Of a stretch of 64,000 nucleotides of DNA, positions 1 to 25,199 are shown in pieces. Numbering within the stretch: the first letter of the stretch is position 1; each line of letters opens with the position of its first letter. A program made the position numbers and the translations under genes. The stretch lies in NCBI RefSeq assembly GCF_009914755.1, contig NC_060943.1. One strand, written 5' to 3'. This DNA comes from the human T2T-CHM13v2.0 reference genome, Homo sapiens. The notes under the pieces were generated by a model. The model worked only from the letters and a program-made list of their open reading frames with translations, had not been told where the DNA came from and made no database searches.

Positions 1-469
1 GCAGACAGAAATGGGGGAAGCGGGGAGGGAAGGTAGCAGGGAGAGAGAAGACAGGAGAGGAAGGAGCAAGAGCAGGGAAAGCCAGATAGTCTGGACGGGG
101 GTAGAGGGGGATTGGGAAAAGGAAGGAGCCCAGGAGGGTGAGAGAAAGGAAATGGGGAAGGAGTGATGGGAGGGTGAGTCAGGCCCCCACCCCAACCCCC
201 TGGGTCAGGACCGAAGCCAGTACACCCACTCTTGCCTCTTCCACGAGAGAGGTCTCCGGGGTGGGCGCAGACACCTAACTCAAACAGAACCCACCCCCAG
301 GTGACTGGGGAGAGGCGAGATATTCCAAGGGTGGGGGCAGCAGAGACAATGCCCATTCTAGGCACCCCTTTGGTCCCCGCACCCTCCATCCCTTCCCTGC
401 TCCAGCCCCTGGGGCCACAGCCTGCCCAGCGTCCCCCCACCACGGACACCCTCACATCCTCACACCCTC

Positions 470-660
470 AGCCCCCACTTCCTCCCCTCCTCTTCCCTTC
501 AGGAGCCTCCCCCTCCCTTCTCTTCCCCACTCAGGAGCCTCCCCCTCCCCCTTTTCGCCCCCCTCAGGAGCCTTCCCCTCCCCCCTTTCTCCCCCATCAG
601 GAGCCTCCCCCTCCCTCATCTCTCCCCCATCAGGAGCCGCCCCTTCCTGGTCTCCCACCC
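470..660. repeat. C-rich 33-bp minisatellite, ~5 copies
   Basis: CAGGAGCC recurs at 500, 532, 565, 598 and 631 (spacing 32/33/33/33), separated by pyrimidine runs. This explains the Pro-rich ORF 232..900. Confidence 0.85.
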
Positions 661-699
661 ACAGGGTGCCCTAAGCGCCTCCCCTCCACGAGCCTACAC

Positions 700-1330
700 G
701 GGGTGGGGGTTGCACTAGTTCCCTACCTGCCTGCAGGGCCCCTCACCGATCTGGATCTCAGCCACCTCCGGGGGGACCCGGCCCCTGCCCCGCACTCCAC
801 GCGAAAGGATGCCAGACCCTCGGCCTCCTGGACGCACAGCGGGGGCTCGCACCCCAACCCCGGGAACACCCTAGCCCCTTTCCCTAGCGCTGCCCACTGA
901 GGCGTCCTCACCGTCTACCCTGTTGGGGTCGCTCTCTGACCCCCGCGCTGCATCCCCGGGACCGACCCACCTGCTGCGCAGCTACCCCAGGCCGGTCCCA
1001 GCCGCCCGGAGCCCCAGTGCGCGATGGCGGCCGGCAAACTGCGCCTGCGCACTGGGCCTCACCGCGGACTACGACTCCCACAATGCCGCGAGGCTGTGCC
1101 GCGCACGGGGGCGAGCAAGGGAGCCGTGACAGGTGACAGTGCGCATGGCCAATCAGACGCGAGTGTGGCCTCCCGGCGTCCCGCCCACTCCGGCGCCTGC
1201 GTCATTTTGGGCACCATGGCAACGAAGTAAACAAGCGGGTAAATAATAGACCCCTGACAGCCAGAGACCCGGAGAAACAAAGACGGTGAGAAACGGAGAA
1301 ACAAAGACAAAAAGACGCGCAGACCGGGAG
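700..1330 (-). promoter_or_regulatory. ZSCAN18: CpG-island promoter, probably the proximal ZSCAN18 promoter
   Basis: CpG-dense. YY1-like GATGGCGGC ~1023, NRF1 TGCGCCTGCGCA 1040-1051, ZNF143/SBS ACTACGACTCCCACAATGC 1068-1086, CCAAT ~1149, RFX-like CCATGGCAAC ~1214. The gene name is inferred only from recalled gene order next to ZNF329. Confidence 0.65.
912..1030 (-). other. ZSCAN18: Probable non-coding first exon (5' end approximate)
   Basis: Minus-strand donor ACG|GTGAGG with the exon ending at 912. Alternative donor CAG|GTAGGG ends at 727. Confidence 0.55.
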
Positions 1331-1929
1331 GGAGAGAAGCATGAAGGCCCACAGACGCTCGGGGGCAGACCAAGACGCCCTGGGGTCCCCGAAACAGAGA
1401 TGTACAGAGTCGGACACGGAAAGGGAGAGACCAGCTCACGGTTAAGAAAGGAGGGAGACCAGCCCAGGATCAAGAAAGGGAAAGACCAGCATGGGCTCAA
1501 GAAAAGAAAGAGACCAGCTCAGGCTCAGGAAAAGAGGGAGACCCAGAGAAAAGGAGCACTCGAGGCTGAGACAGATCTGGACAGAGATACAGAGACAGGG
1601 ACCAGCAGACCCAGTACTGGGGAGACAAGAGGTGGAGACCCAGAGACACTGATGCGCTAAAATGGGTTCTACAGTTTCAAGGAGTGGATAGAACTCAAAG
1701 ATTACCCACCCCAGGGATTCAGGAGCTGCTGAAATGAGGGAAATGTGAGTGGCAGCTGGGGTGAGGGCTTTGGCAAAGCCCCATATAAATGTAGCCCCCC
1801 TGGAAGGCAGGATAGGGCCAGGAGCTGCTTCCCATTTCAGTTTTCCAGATAGAGGCGCTTATGAGGATGCCATTTTGGTCGTTTTTGTGTGAACTGATTT
1901 TTAAAATGTATATCTGAACAGTTTATATA

Positions 1930-2740
1930 TTTTAAATTTACATACACCACACATTTTGGTATTCAGTTTTATGAATTTTAACTCATATCCACCAACAAAC
2001 TCGGGACAAAGAATAGCTCCACTGCCCAAAAATCCTCCTGCTGCCTCTTGGTAGTCACTCCCTCCCCACCCATAACCCCAGGAACAGCTAATCTAAGTAG
2101 TCCACTGCTACAATTTTGCCTTCACAGTGTCATATAAGTGGGATCATACTGTATGTGGCCTCTTCAGATTGGCTTTTTCACTGAACATAATTCCTTTGAG
2201 AGGCATTGAAGTAGTATGTATCAACAGTTCATTCCATTTTATTGAGAAGTAGTATTCTATGGTATATAGCAGTTTAAACCTTCTCCCACTGAGAGATATT
2301 AGGATCGTTTTAAGTATTTTGCTATTAAAAATAAAGCTGCTATGAACATTCGTGTACAGATTTTTCTGTGAACGTAAGTTTTCACTTTTCTGGGATAAAA
2401 GCCCAAGAGTGCAGTTTCTAGGTCACACAATGAACACGTGCTTATTAGTGTTGTAAGAAGCTGCCACACTCTCATGCAGAGTAGCTGGACCATTTTACAC
2501 TCCCACCACCAATGAATGTGTGAATCCACTTCACATTTTTATCAGCATTTGTGTTTTGCTATTTTTTATTTTGGCCATTCTGATAGGTATGTACTGATAT
2601 ATCATTGTGGTTTCAATTTGCATTTCCCTTAATTGCTAACAAGTTTGAGCACACTTTAATGATTTTTTTGGCATTTGTATACCCTCTTCATTAAAGTATC
2701 TGTTCGTATCTTTTGCCCATTTTCTAATTTTTAAAAAAAT
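1930..2740 (-). mobile_element. Old L1 (L1M) 3' fragment
   Basis: Typical L1 antisense text (GCTGCTATGAACATTCGTGTACA, TTGTGGTTTCAATTTGCATTTCCCT); resumes ~3715-3920. Confidence 0.75.
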
Positions 2741-2761
2741 TGCTCAGTTTTGAAAGCTATG

Positions 2762-5966
<3,205 letters not shown>

Positions 5967-6072
5967 TTAACCTGGTTTGTTTTCAGATGTTAAAATATGG
6001 CAAGATATGTATCACAGAATAAAGGAAATACGGTAAGTCTTTAGGTTCTGTGTCACGACTAACTTCCAGATA

Positions 6073-10102
<4,030 letters not shown>

Positions 10103-10224
10103 TGGAAAAACATATTTGTTACTTTCAAACAACATAAACTCTTCAACATGAAGTCTCTGACAAAGAGGAGGCAAAGAAAATCAGATCAGTCACTGCCACA
10201 GATGCTCACTGAATCCCCATAGGT

Positions 10225-11763
<1,539 letters not shown>

Positions 11764-12805
11764 CTGGAAAGGAAAAGGGGAAAATTTTTGAATCCTTAGA
11801 GAAAAAATTGCTAGAGTTAGAATGGTAATGTGTAAACATTAAAATCAGCCAGGCCAGTATCTATTATATCTGATGCTGTGCCCATTCTGTGACACAGCAA
11901 TTCCACTTGCAAGGGTACAATCAAAAGAAATGTGTATGTATGTTCATAGAAACACTCTTTCTAACAGCCCGAGACTAGACACTATCCAAATGTCACCAAC
12001 TGGGAAATGGAAAACTTGTGGTTTACTTACATGATGAAATACCACACATTAACAAAAATGAATAAACTAAGAGTACACAAAAATATGGGTACATTTCTCA
12101 GGCATATTATTTGAAAGAGGAAGTATATATACTGAAAGTGCACAGTATATTTACTTTGTGAAAACTTCTAGTTTTACATTTATGTATTTTTTAGCAGGTA
12201 TACTTCCAGGAAAAGCTTTTACAAAATCATATGTGCACACACACACACATCCTACCAAAATAAATTAGCCAGATTTTTAAAAAATTAACATAGATTTTTT
12301 TTCAGTTATACACCTGCATGGTAGGAAGAGAATATAAAGATGGATGAAGGATAGTGAATAAATATCACTTTAGATATTATGATTTTTAAAAAGGGACAGG
12401 GTCTGGTTATGTTGCCCAGCCTGAACTCAATCTCCTAGGCTCCTCCCACCTCAGCTTCCTGAGTAGCTGAGACCACAGGTGCATGTTACCACTCACAGAA
12501 AATTTTTTAAAAATTATTTTTTGTAGAGACAGGTCTCACTATGTTGCCCAGGCTGGTCTCAAACTCCTTGCCTCAAGTGCTCCTCTGGCTTCAGCCTTCC
12601 AAAGTTCTGCAATTACAGGTGTGAGCCACCATGCCCATCCTCTAGCTGTATTTCTGAAGTCCCTTCACTGAGAAGAACTTGATCTCCAACTGTCCCCAAG
12701 ATGCTTCTTCAGTGTCTCCTGATGCTTTGCTTTTCTGTCTATCCAAACAGAAATCATCTTCCACTCTCCTCTCCACTCCCATTACCATTCTTCCTTCACC
12801 TGTCC

Positions 12806-12920
12806 CACCCACTCGGCCCCTCTGAATCCAGACATGCATACTAGACTGTCCAGGCCTCCCAACCCACTCGGCCCCTCTGAATCCAGATATGCATACTGGA
12901 CTGTCTAGGCCACCCAACCC
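12806..12920. repeat. 55-bp tandem duplication in L2-like sequence
   Basis: ACTCGGCCCCTCTGAATCCAGA starts at 12811 and 12866. Confidence 0.85.
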
Positions 12921-13441
12921 TTAGAGATCTGCCCATCATTACACCCTGAAGAGACCAAAAGCTGTGGCATGGCCCATGCTGCTTCTCCCTGAGTCTTCCC
13001 AATCCCAGTAAACAGCCATCCCATTTTCTCAGTGGAAGAGGCCAGAAACCTGCTCCACTGGGATGGAACATACTCCATTCTCCACTCTCCCTTTTCTCAA
13101 AAGTCACACCTAAGCTATCAGCTTTGACTTTCAAATACACACAGTATCCTACCAATTTACACTTCCTCCACCACTGTGGTCCAAGTTATAATCACCCTTT
13201 TATTATAAATTGAAGCATAATTTAAACAGAATAAATTCAAAGTGGATGACTCACTGAGTCTTTAGATGTATTTTCATGAGTGTTCATATGTGTATGCACA
13301 CTCCATGTGTGTATGACAATCCATGATATAAAACATACCCATTTTTAGGCCAGGCGCGGTGGCTCACGCCTGTAATCCCAGCACTTTGGGAGGCTGAGGC
13401 AGGTGGATCACGAGGTCAGGAGATGGAGACCATCCTGGCTA

Positions 13442-13762
<321 letters not shown>

Positions 13763-14007
13763 TCAACAGTAGCTCTCATGGTTGTTTGCATGGTTAAAAC
13801 TGAACCCCCCGAAAAAAATTTTTTTTAAGACAGGGTCTCATTCTGCTACCCTGGCAGGAATGCGGTGGTGTGATCACAGCTCACAGTGGCCTCCAAATCC
13901 TGGGCTCAATTAATCCTCTGCCTCAGTCTCCAAAGTAGCTAGGACTACAGGTATGCACCACCATGTGCAGCTACTTATAAAGTTGTTTTTCTGTTTTTTT
14001 TTTTTAA

Positions 14008-14139
<132 letters not shown>

Positions 14140-14901
14140 TAAAGAAGAATTAATACCAATTCCTCTCAGACTCTTCCAAAACAGGAGGGAACACTTCCTA
14201 ACTCATCCTATGAGGCTAGCATTACCTTGATACCAAAGCCAGGCAAGCACACTACAAGAAACCTAGAAACCATATCCCTTAAATGTTGAATTCATCAGTG
14301 TATTACAAGGATTACACACCACGAGCAAGTAGGACTGTTCATGAAATGCAAGGATATTTCAACATGCGAAAATTAGTTAATGTAAGACATCACAATAACA
14401 GGATAAAGAAAAAAACATGACCATCTCAAATGATGCATTAAAAGCATTGGACAAAATTCCAAACCCGACCCCTGCCTTTCTTTACTTTTTATTTTATTTT
14501 ACTTTTTTGTTTTTGAGACCAGGTCTTACTCTGTGACCCAGGCTGGAGTGCAGTGGTGCAATCATGGCTCCCTGAAGCCTCGACTGCCCTGGGGTAAGGT
14601 GATCCTCCCACCTCAGTCTCCCCATAGCTGGGACTACATGCACAAGGCAAGATTCCCAGTAATTTTTGTATTTCTTGCAGAGATGGGGTTTTTGCCACTT
14701 TGCCTAGTCTGGTCTCAAATTCCTGTGCTCAAGCGATACGCCCATTTCGGCCTCCCAAAATGTCCCGATTACAGGTGTGAGCCATTGCGTCTAGCCCCAA
14801 CACCCTGGCATGATTAAAAAACATACTCAAGGCTGGGCGTGGTGGCTCACGCCTGTAATCTCAGCACTTTGGGAGGCCGAGGTGGGCGTATCACGAGGTC
14901 A

Positions 14902-16129
<1,228 letters not shown>

Positions 16130-16287
16130 ACCGTGGTAAGACTTGGCTCAAAAATAATACCATAATGGCTGGACGCAGTGGCTTACGACTATAATCCCAG
16201 GACTTTGGAAGGCTGAGGTGGGTGGATCACTTGAGGTCAGGAGTTCGAGACCAGCCTAGGGAACATGGTGAAACCCCATCTCTACTA

Positions 16288-16493
<206 letters not shown>

Positions 16494-16520
16494 CTAAGGG
16501 AGGCCAAGGTGGGCAGATCA

Positions 16521-16772
<252 letters not shown>

Positions 16773-16929
16773 TTAGGAATTGGGAAATTTTGAAAAGGAT
16801 GGGTTATCACATGATAACAGGAAATTATTGCTCATTTTCTTAGGTGTGATACAGTATTATGGTTATGCAAAAGAATGTCTTTATTCTTAGAATGTATGTG
16901 CCAACATATTTATAGTAAAGTGTCATACT

Positions 16930-17170
16930 TGTAATAAATATATATACATGTAGACATACATATACATAAACACATGCACACATAATACATATACGCACAG
17001 ATAAATATACAAATGTACATTATATAAATATATACACAATATACACATACATATATACATACAAAAATACATGTATACACACATATGCCCCCAAATATAT
17101 AAACAAATATGTATATATACACGTATGCACAAATATACATTAATAAATATATAGTGTGTTATATATTACA
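16930..17170. repeat. TA/CA-rich low-complexity tract
   Basis: Degenerate (TATACA)n. Confidence 0.85.
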
Positions 17171-20100
17171 GGCACATAAAACAAATATGGCAAAATATTA
17201 ATTGGTGAATCTCAGAGTGGGTGATGGGCATTCATGATACTCTTTTTTCTCAACTTTTCTGTTAGAGTATTTCAGAAACTTGTCAAAATATAAAGTAGGC
17301 AGGGGAAATATAAATGCCTCCTGGAGAGATATTCCAGGATCATCATTCATTAACACCTTGGTGAGGTGAACTTATAACAGGTTTCTCAAAAGGCATTCAA
17401 GAGACGGTTGTAAGTGTTCAAGGGGGAAAAATATGATGCTAGCGCTAGAAGCTGTTAAAAAACAACTATGGAGTTACCAACTGGGAAAATGCTAGTTTGT
17501 AAGGCCCTTTCCAGGCAATAGGTTTTGTTGCAGGACAGTAAAGGAAGGCCAGAAGTGTCAGCCACTAAGAACTGGAGTCAGGGCAAGGCAGAGCTATCCA
17601 AAGCACTCACAGGTTCCTGGGGCAAACCCTGGAATCAACTGGCCCTCTAGCTGCTCCCAGTGGTTGGCAGCTGATCCAAGTTCAATCCTATTTAATCTGT
17701 TTGTGAGCTAAATATTGTTTCTGAGAAGACAAGTAAGTGAAAATAGGGCAAATATAATTCTATTCTGGATTCAACAGGGAGCTTACTATTTAAATAAAAC
17801 TTCAAATTCCATTTAAATATTTTATATTAAAGATATCACTGCAAAATTAATGCATGTTCATTGCAGAAAATCTGGAAAACATAAATAAGTACAAAGACAA
17901 TAAAAATAATCTATAATCTCACTGTTGAGCCTTGGGTGCATTTACTTCCTGTTTTCTTCACAGAGAATCATTTTGAAACACGTGGAGTCAACGTGTGTAT
18001 ATAACTTGGGTCCTTTTTTGTTTTTCCTAGTTAACATTATATTACGGGTAGTTCCCACAACATTAACATGTCTTTGTTAGTATAAGAAATGCCACAGCCT
18101 CTCTGAAGAACAATTCAGAAGAACTAGGTTGAAATAAAAAATTCTAAATGCCAAGAGATGTGGTGGATCCACACTGGCATCCTTTTTACAATGACAAATT
18201 AAAATTCAAAAGTAGTATCAGAGGATCTCACATTTAGCAAGCGTGGTTTCATCAAACTTTTGTTACAGTTAGTATGCATGCAAGTCATCATGTACATGTT
18301 TCTCTCAATGCTTGTGTGAAAATTTTGAAAACCTACAGGCTAGAAAAACCCTTACAAGGATACACATTCAACATGCCTCCCTAAAGCACTGGTGGAAACG
18401 CTGAAAACCTGGAAACTTCCAAGATGTTCATCAACAGGAAAGGCAAGACAAAAAAAACTGTGGCATTTTCACAAGGTAGAATACTATAGAGCAGTGAAGG
18501 CCGGTGTGCTGAAAGCTTCACCTAGTACAAGGTTGGGGAGAGAAGAAGGTTGCAAAGTCTCGTAGCACATAAAGCATGCCAATTTCAAACACACGCACGC
18601 ATGCACACACAAACACCCCATACTCCATATTGCCCGAGGCACTGGATATCACAAAGGAAAAAACTCTAAAAAAAACCCCCAAAAAACGGCCTGGGCACAC
18701 TAGATAAATGTGCAGTGAATTCATCACACACCCCCTCTGTGATCTTAAGTCTGTGGGAAAAGGGCCAGCTTCCTGTGGTCACAAGGATGGCTCTTTTTCT
18801 TTCATTCTGCAAACATTTACTGAACACGTACTGTATGCCAGGACCTGTTCTAGGTATCAATAATTCAGCAGTGGATCAGACAGATGAAGACCTCCACCTC
18901 ACAGAGTAGACATTCTGGTATGGGAATAGGCAAAGAACTGCAGAATCTGTCACTATCAAACGCTCTGCAAACTGAGGAAGCACATACCTGCAATCCAGTT
19001 TCTGAGTTACAGCTCCTTTCCCAAACCGTCCCAATCTCTATCCACTGCCCACAACTCAAAAGCCAAGCAACCTCAGAGAATGAACTGCCGAAGGAAGAAG
19101 CTAGGGCACGGAATTTCACCTGATGCAAGCTCCATCATCATCACCTGCAACCCAGCAGCAAACAGTCCTTAGCCTAGCAGCCCCAGTCCTAGGGCATGTG
19201 AGGATTCTGCCTGTTACTGAGTAAGGAGAGTGTTTAGAGGACAGATGTGACCTGACAGGCTTCCACTGAATCGTGAGGAGGCCAGAGGCACGGGAGCAAG
19301 GAGATGCCCGTACCAGAGAGTAGAGGTGTGGTGATGTGGCTAAATTCTGGAAATATCTTTTTTACTTCTATTTTTTTGAGACAGAGTCTCGCTCTGTCAG
19401 TGCTGGAGTGCAGTGGCATGATCTTGGCTCACCGCAACTTCCGCCTCCCAGGTTCAAGCGATCCTCCTGCCTCAGCCTCCCGAGCAGCTGGGATTAAAAG
19501 CGCGTGCTTTAGGGGACATGTGAGATCCTCTGACACTACTTTTGAATTTTAATTTATGTCATTGTAAAACGCCCAGCTAACTGAATTCTGGAAATATCTT
19601 AAAGGTTAAGGCATGGCATTTTGGACAGAGACGATGTGGGGATTGGGGAAAAGAGAAATATCCAGGTGGACAAAGAGGATTGTGGGTGGAGGGAGTCACC
19701 ACTTGGAGAGACTAGAAAGACTGAGTTTGGGGGAGAGTAGATGCTCAGCTGAGGATCCCAAAGTCTGAGAGGCCTGTCCCTGGGGGTCAGCATTCGGGCA
19801 TCAGAGGTTTGTGGAGAGGGCAGCCCAGTATACAACCGCAGGGAAGGGAGGAAGGGCAAGTCAGTGGAGTCAGAACCCAGCAGGGATGGGAGGAAGCCTG
19901 GCTGGGAATGTTCACAGTGGGTAGGAAGGGGAAGGAACACACAACCCTAAAGGGGCAGAGGAGGAAGCCATCTCTTGGGATAAAGGAGAGGAAGAACAGG
20001 GTTGTTAGGAGGAGTAGGATGAAAAGTGGGGAAAGCGTCCTTGGGAGTAAGACACGGGAAGCAGAATAGGTTGTTCAAGCCCAAATCTTGTGAGGAGAGG

Positions 20101-20239
20101 CAGAAGGGAGGGGCGTCCGCACCTGTGCAGGAAGAGAGGAGGGGTCCATACCCTGGGAAGGTGAGAAAAGGCCATCTGTGCCGGCAGGAAAAAAAAAAAA
20201 AAGAGAATATTGGGGAGGCTGAGGGTAAGGGACAGGCGA

Positions 20240-21310
20240 AAAAAAAAAAGGGATCCGCCCCAGTGGGAGGGTAGAGGAAGAGAAATGAGCCCCCGCCCCA
20301 AAGGGGGCCTGCGCCCACTAGGAGAGAGAATTAGAGGGTCTGTGCTCCACAGGGCGAAGGGAGAGGAAATTCGGAGTTGGCACCGCACTGGGGAGAAGGG
20401 TATGGGGGCCCACGCCCAACGAAGAGGAGGGAGTAGGGGTCCGCGCCCCACCACGAAAGGAGAGTAGAGGGCTCGCGCCCTGCGGGGAGAGGCGTTAGGG
20501 GGTCCGCGCCCGGCGAGGAGATGCGCGTACCAGCCCCGCACGCCAAGGGGAGAAGACACGCGGGAGGGTCCGCGCCTGGCGGAGAGAGTTCCTCACGCCC
20601 GCCCCGCCGGGAACCACAAGCCAGCGCCCCTAACAAGCCCCTGCCCAGAGCAGGGCTGCCGCGTACCCTCACAGACAGAAAGAGCGACCACGCAGCCACC
20701 GCCCAGCCCCAGCCGCTCTGGAGTCCTTGACCCCACCCTCACTAGGCCTTGGCTCCGCGACCGGTGGGCGGGAACGGAGGAAACAGACCCGAGAGGCCGC
20801 GAGAGGACGGAACTCACTTCCCGCCGCCGTAGCGTCCTCGTCAGCTCGCCCTCCGACTCTCCGCATGGGCGCGCAGAGTTCCCGGATGCGATATTCCGGT
20901 GACACCGGACGCTGGGGGCGGGGCCTAGTGCGTCGAGGGCGGGGCCGGGGCCGGGGCCGGCCCGGGGCGGGGCCGTGGCCGCAGCTTCCTGGCAGCCAGA
21001 ACCTGGGAGCGCTCGCAGTGCTTCCTTTCGGGGTTCTTTGTCCTTCGCTTCTGCTGGTAGGTGAGGTTTAACAGACGGAAAGACGCCGGGAGCGCACGTG
21101 GGCTGCCTTGAGCCGCTGCGGACGAGCACCTGGTCTCTCAGGTTGACCAGCTGTATATCCGCTTGCGAGCCTGCACCACCCTGGGCGCGCGTGGTCTCGG
21201 CAGAATCTCGTTCACACGGGTCCCACTCGTAGGCTGCTGTGTCTCCTTCCTCTCACGGCGTCGGGGACTGGGGCCTGGAGTCACTCCTCTACAGGGGTGT
21301 GGAACGCGCC
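20240..21310 (-). promoter_or_regulatory. ZSCAN18: CpG-island promoter, probably the distal ZSCAN18 promoter
   Basis: CpG-dense, GC boxes and (GGGGCC)3 at 20915-20975, minus-strand donor GAA|GTGAGT at 20818. The gene name is inferred from recalled locus order. Confidence 0.6.
20818..20866 (-). CDS. Possible coding part of the distal first exon (MRRVGGRADEDATAAG, phase 1)
   Basis: ATG at 20866-20864 is open to the GTGAGT donor (49 nt). Translation is not demonstrable from this window. Confidence 0.4.
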
Positions 21311-21317
21311 AATGGAC

Positions 21318-21719
21318 GCTGACACCTTCATGCGGTCGTTTAACGCTCCGTGCACAATAACCATTTTACTCAGTTGTGTGATGCTCCATCGAAAATAACC
21401 CATTTACACGGTTGTATAAGACCCCACGACACGATAACCCCTCTACGCAGTTATGTAAGACTCCATGGCACAATAACCCCTTCATGCGGTTGTGTAACTC
21501 TCCATGGCACAAAAACCTATTGCCATGCATAAGGTTCCGTGCCAAAATAACCACTTTACGCCATTGCATAACACTCTATGGCACAATAACCACTTTACAA
21601 GGCTGTGTAATACTCTACGCCACAATAACCCTTTCATGTGGTTGTGTAATCTTCCATGGTGCAATAACCACTTCACTTGGTTGTGTAATCCTCCAGGGCA
21701 CAATAATCATTTTATGTGA

Positions 21720-21740
<21 letters not shown>
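21318..21740. repeat. Diverged 39-bp minisatellite, ~10-11 copies
   Basis: Anchor (AATAACC) at 21358, 21396, 21435, 21474, 21513, 21548, 21587, 21626, 21665 and 21704. Confidence 0.9.
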
Positions 21741-22473
<733 letters not shown>

Positions 22474-22913
22474 TGACATCATGCCCGGTTAATTTTTATA
22501 TTTTTAGTAGAGATGGGTTTTGCCATGTTGGTCAGGCTGGTCTCAAACTCCTGACCTCAAATGATCCATCCACCTCGGCCTCCCAAAGTGCTGGGATTAC
22601 AGGTGTGAGGCACTGTGCCCAGCCCCTTTCCAGTTTTAAAGCCAGGAACAGGGAGTAGATTCCTCACACTTCAGCTCTCTACTCGCTCCTTCCTCAGCAT
22701 CTGACTCCAGCCCACAATCTCTGCTTTTAAGGGCATGTGTGCTAGATTGGGCCCATCCAGATAATCCAGGATACCTTCTTCTCTATCTCGTGTCCCACTC
22801 ATTTCAGCCAAACTTGCAATGGCCCAGGCTACCCCAGAATCCATCTGGAACTCACCTAGTCCACATCTCATATTCTCTTTGGTCAGGAGTTTCTATCCTC
22901 TGTGATTGAATTA

Positions 22914-23999
<1,086 letters not shown>

Positions 24000-24609
24000 C
24001 ATGTTCATTACAGCAGTGATTCCTGCTAATTTGAGAAAAGCTTATTTATTATTATTTCATTTCATTTTGTAGAGATAGGGTCTCTGTCTGTTGCCCAGGC
24101 TGGTCCCAAACTCCTGGACTCAAGTGATCCTCCCACCTCAGCCTCCCAAAGTCCTGGGATTACAAGTGTGAGCCATAGTGCCCAGCCTAAGAAAATTTTT
24201 TCAATAAAGATCAAGAGGAATACAATTCACACAAAACCATGGGGCTCATACCAATATCATAGTTGACACCACTTCTTCAGAATGCTTACTCTCTGGCCAC
24301 AACTGGTCAGGGGATGAGTCCATCCCAGAATCTGAAAGGTAGAACCAAGAGGTAGAGATGCTGCTGACACTAACTGCAACACCTGCATATTTTACTTGAG
24401 AGCTGCAGACACCAAAGTGAAGTGCCCAGCCTGGGCGTTCCTGACAGTCCACTAGGGATTTGTGTCTTATGATACACACATTTCTACAGAGACATAAATC
24501 TGTAACTTATAACTGTACACATCCTGGGAATGTAAGACTTTTCCCCCCCAATAATGGGGTTCATTCTTTTGAAAGTATGAACAAGAAATGTATACACTTA
24601 AGCCTTGGC

Positions 24610-24779
24610 ACAGCTCACACCTGGGCTGGATAACTCTGCTGTGGGGGCCATTATGAGCCTTGAAGGATGTTTAGCAGCAGCCCCAGCCTCCACCTGCCAG
24701 ATGCCACCCTTCATCATGACCACCCAGATGTCTCCATATGTCCCCTGGGGGCAAAATTGCCCCTGGATGAGAACCACTG
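24610..24779 (-). mobile_element. MER20
   Basis: GGGGGCAAAATTGCCCCTGGATGAGAACCACTG end. Confidence 0.7.
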
Positions 24780-25199
24780 CTCACAGTGAATAGATCCACA
24801 TGTTCAAGTGCGCCCACACCATGGAATATTACACAGCACTGAGGAGAAACCACAGCTGCCTGCAGCAACATGGATGAGTCTAACCTACACAATGTTGTGC
24901 AACAGGCAGACATCTAATTCCATTCATACAAACACATGGTGAGGCAGGCTTTATTCCAGAAGCTACTACAGAGGGGCTTGGGAGGCCAGACTCAACTCCA
25001 GCTTGGACAAGAACAAGTGAGGGCTTAAAGCCGAGAAGCAGCAGGGTGTCTGGAGGATGAAAAATTACTAAGTGCAAACCTCAGAGATAAGGGGTGAATT
25101 CTTGCCAGACCAACTCAAGAGAAGTTTTCCTAAAGGCAGGCCCAGGGAAGAAGACATTGAAGGTGGGGGACAAGGAATTTGATCAGATATCAAAGTGGA

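Noticed and set aside
232-900. 222-aa Pro-rich ORF
   Set aside because: Non-ATG start; produced by the C-rich 33-bp repeat and GC-rich promoter.
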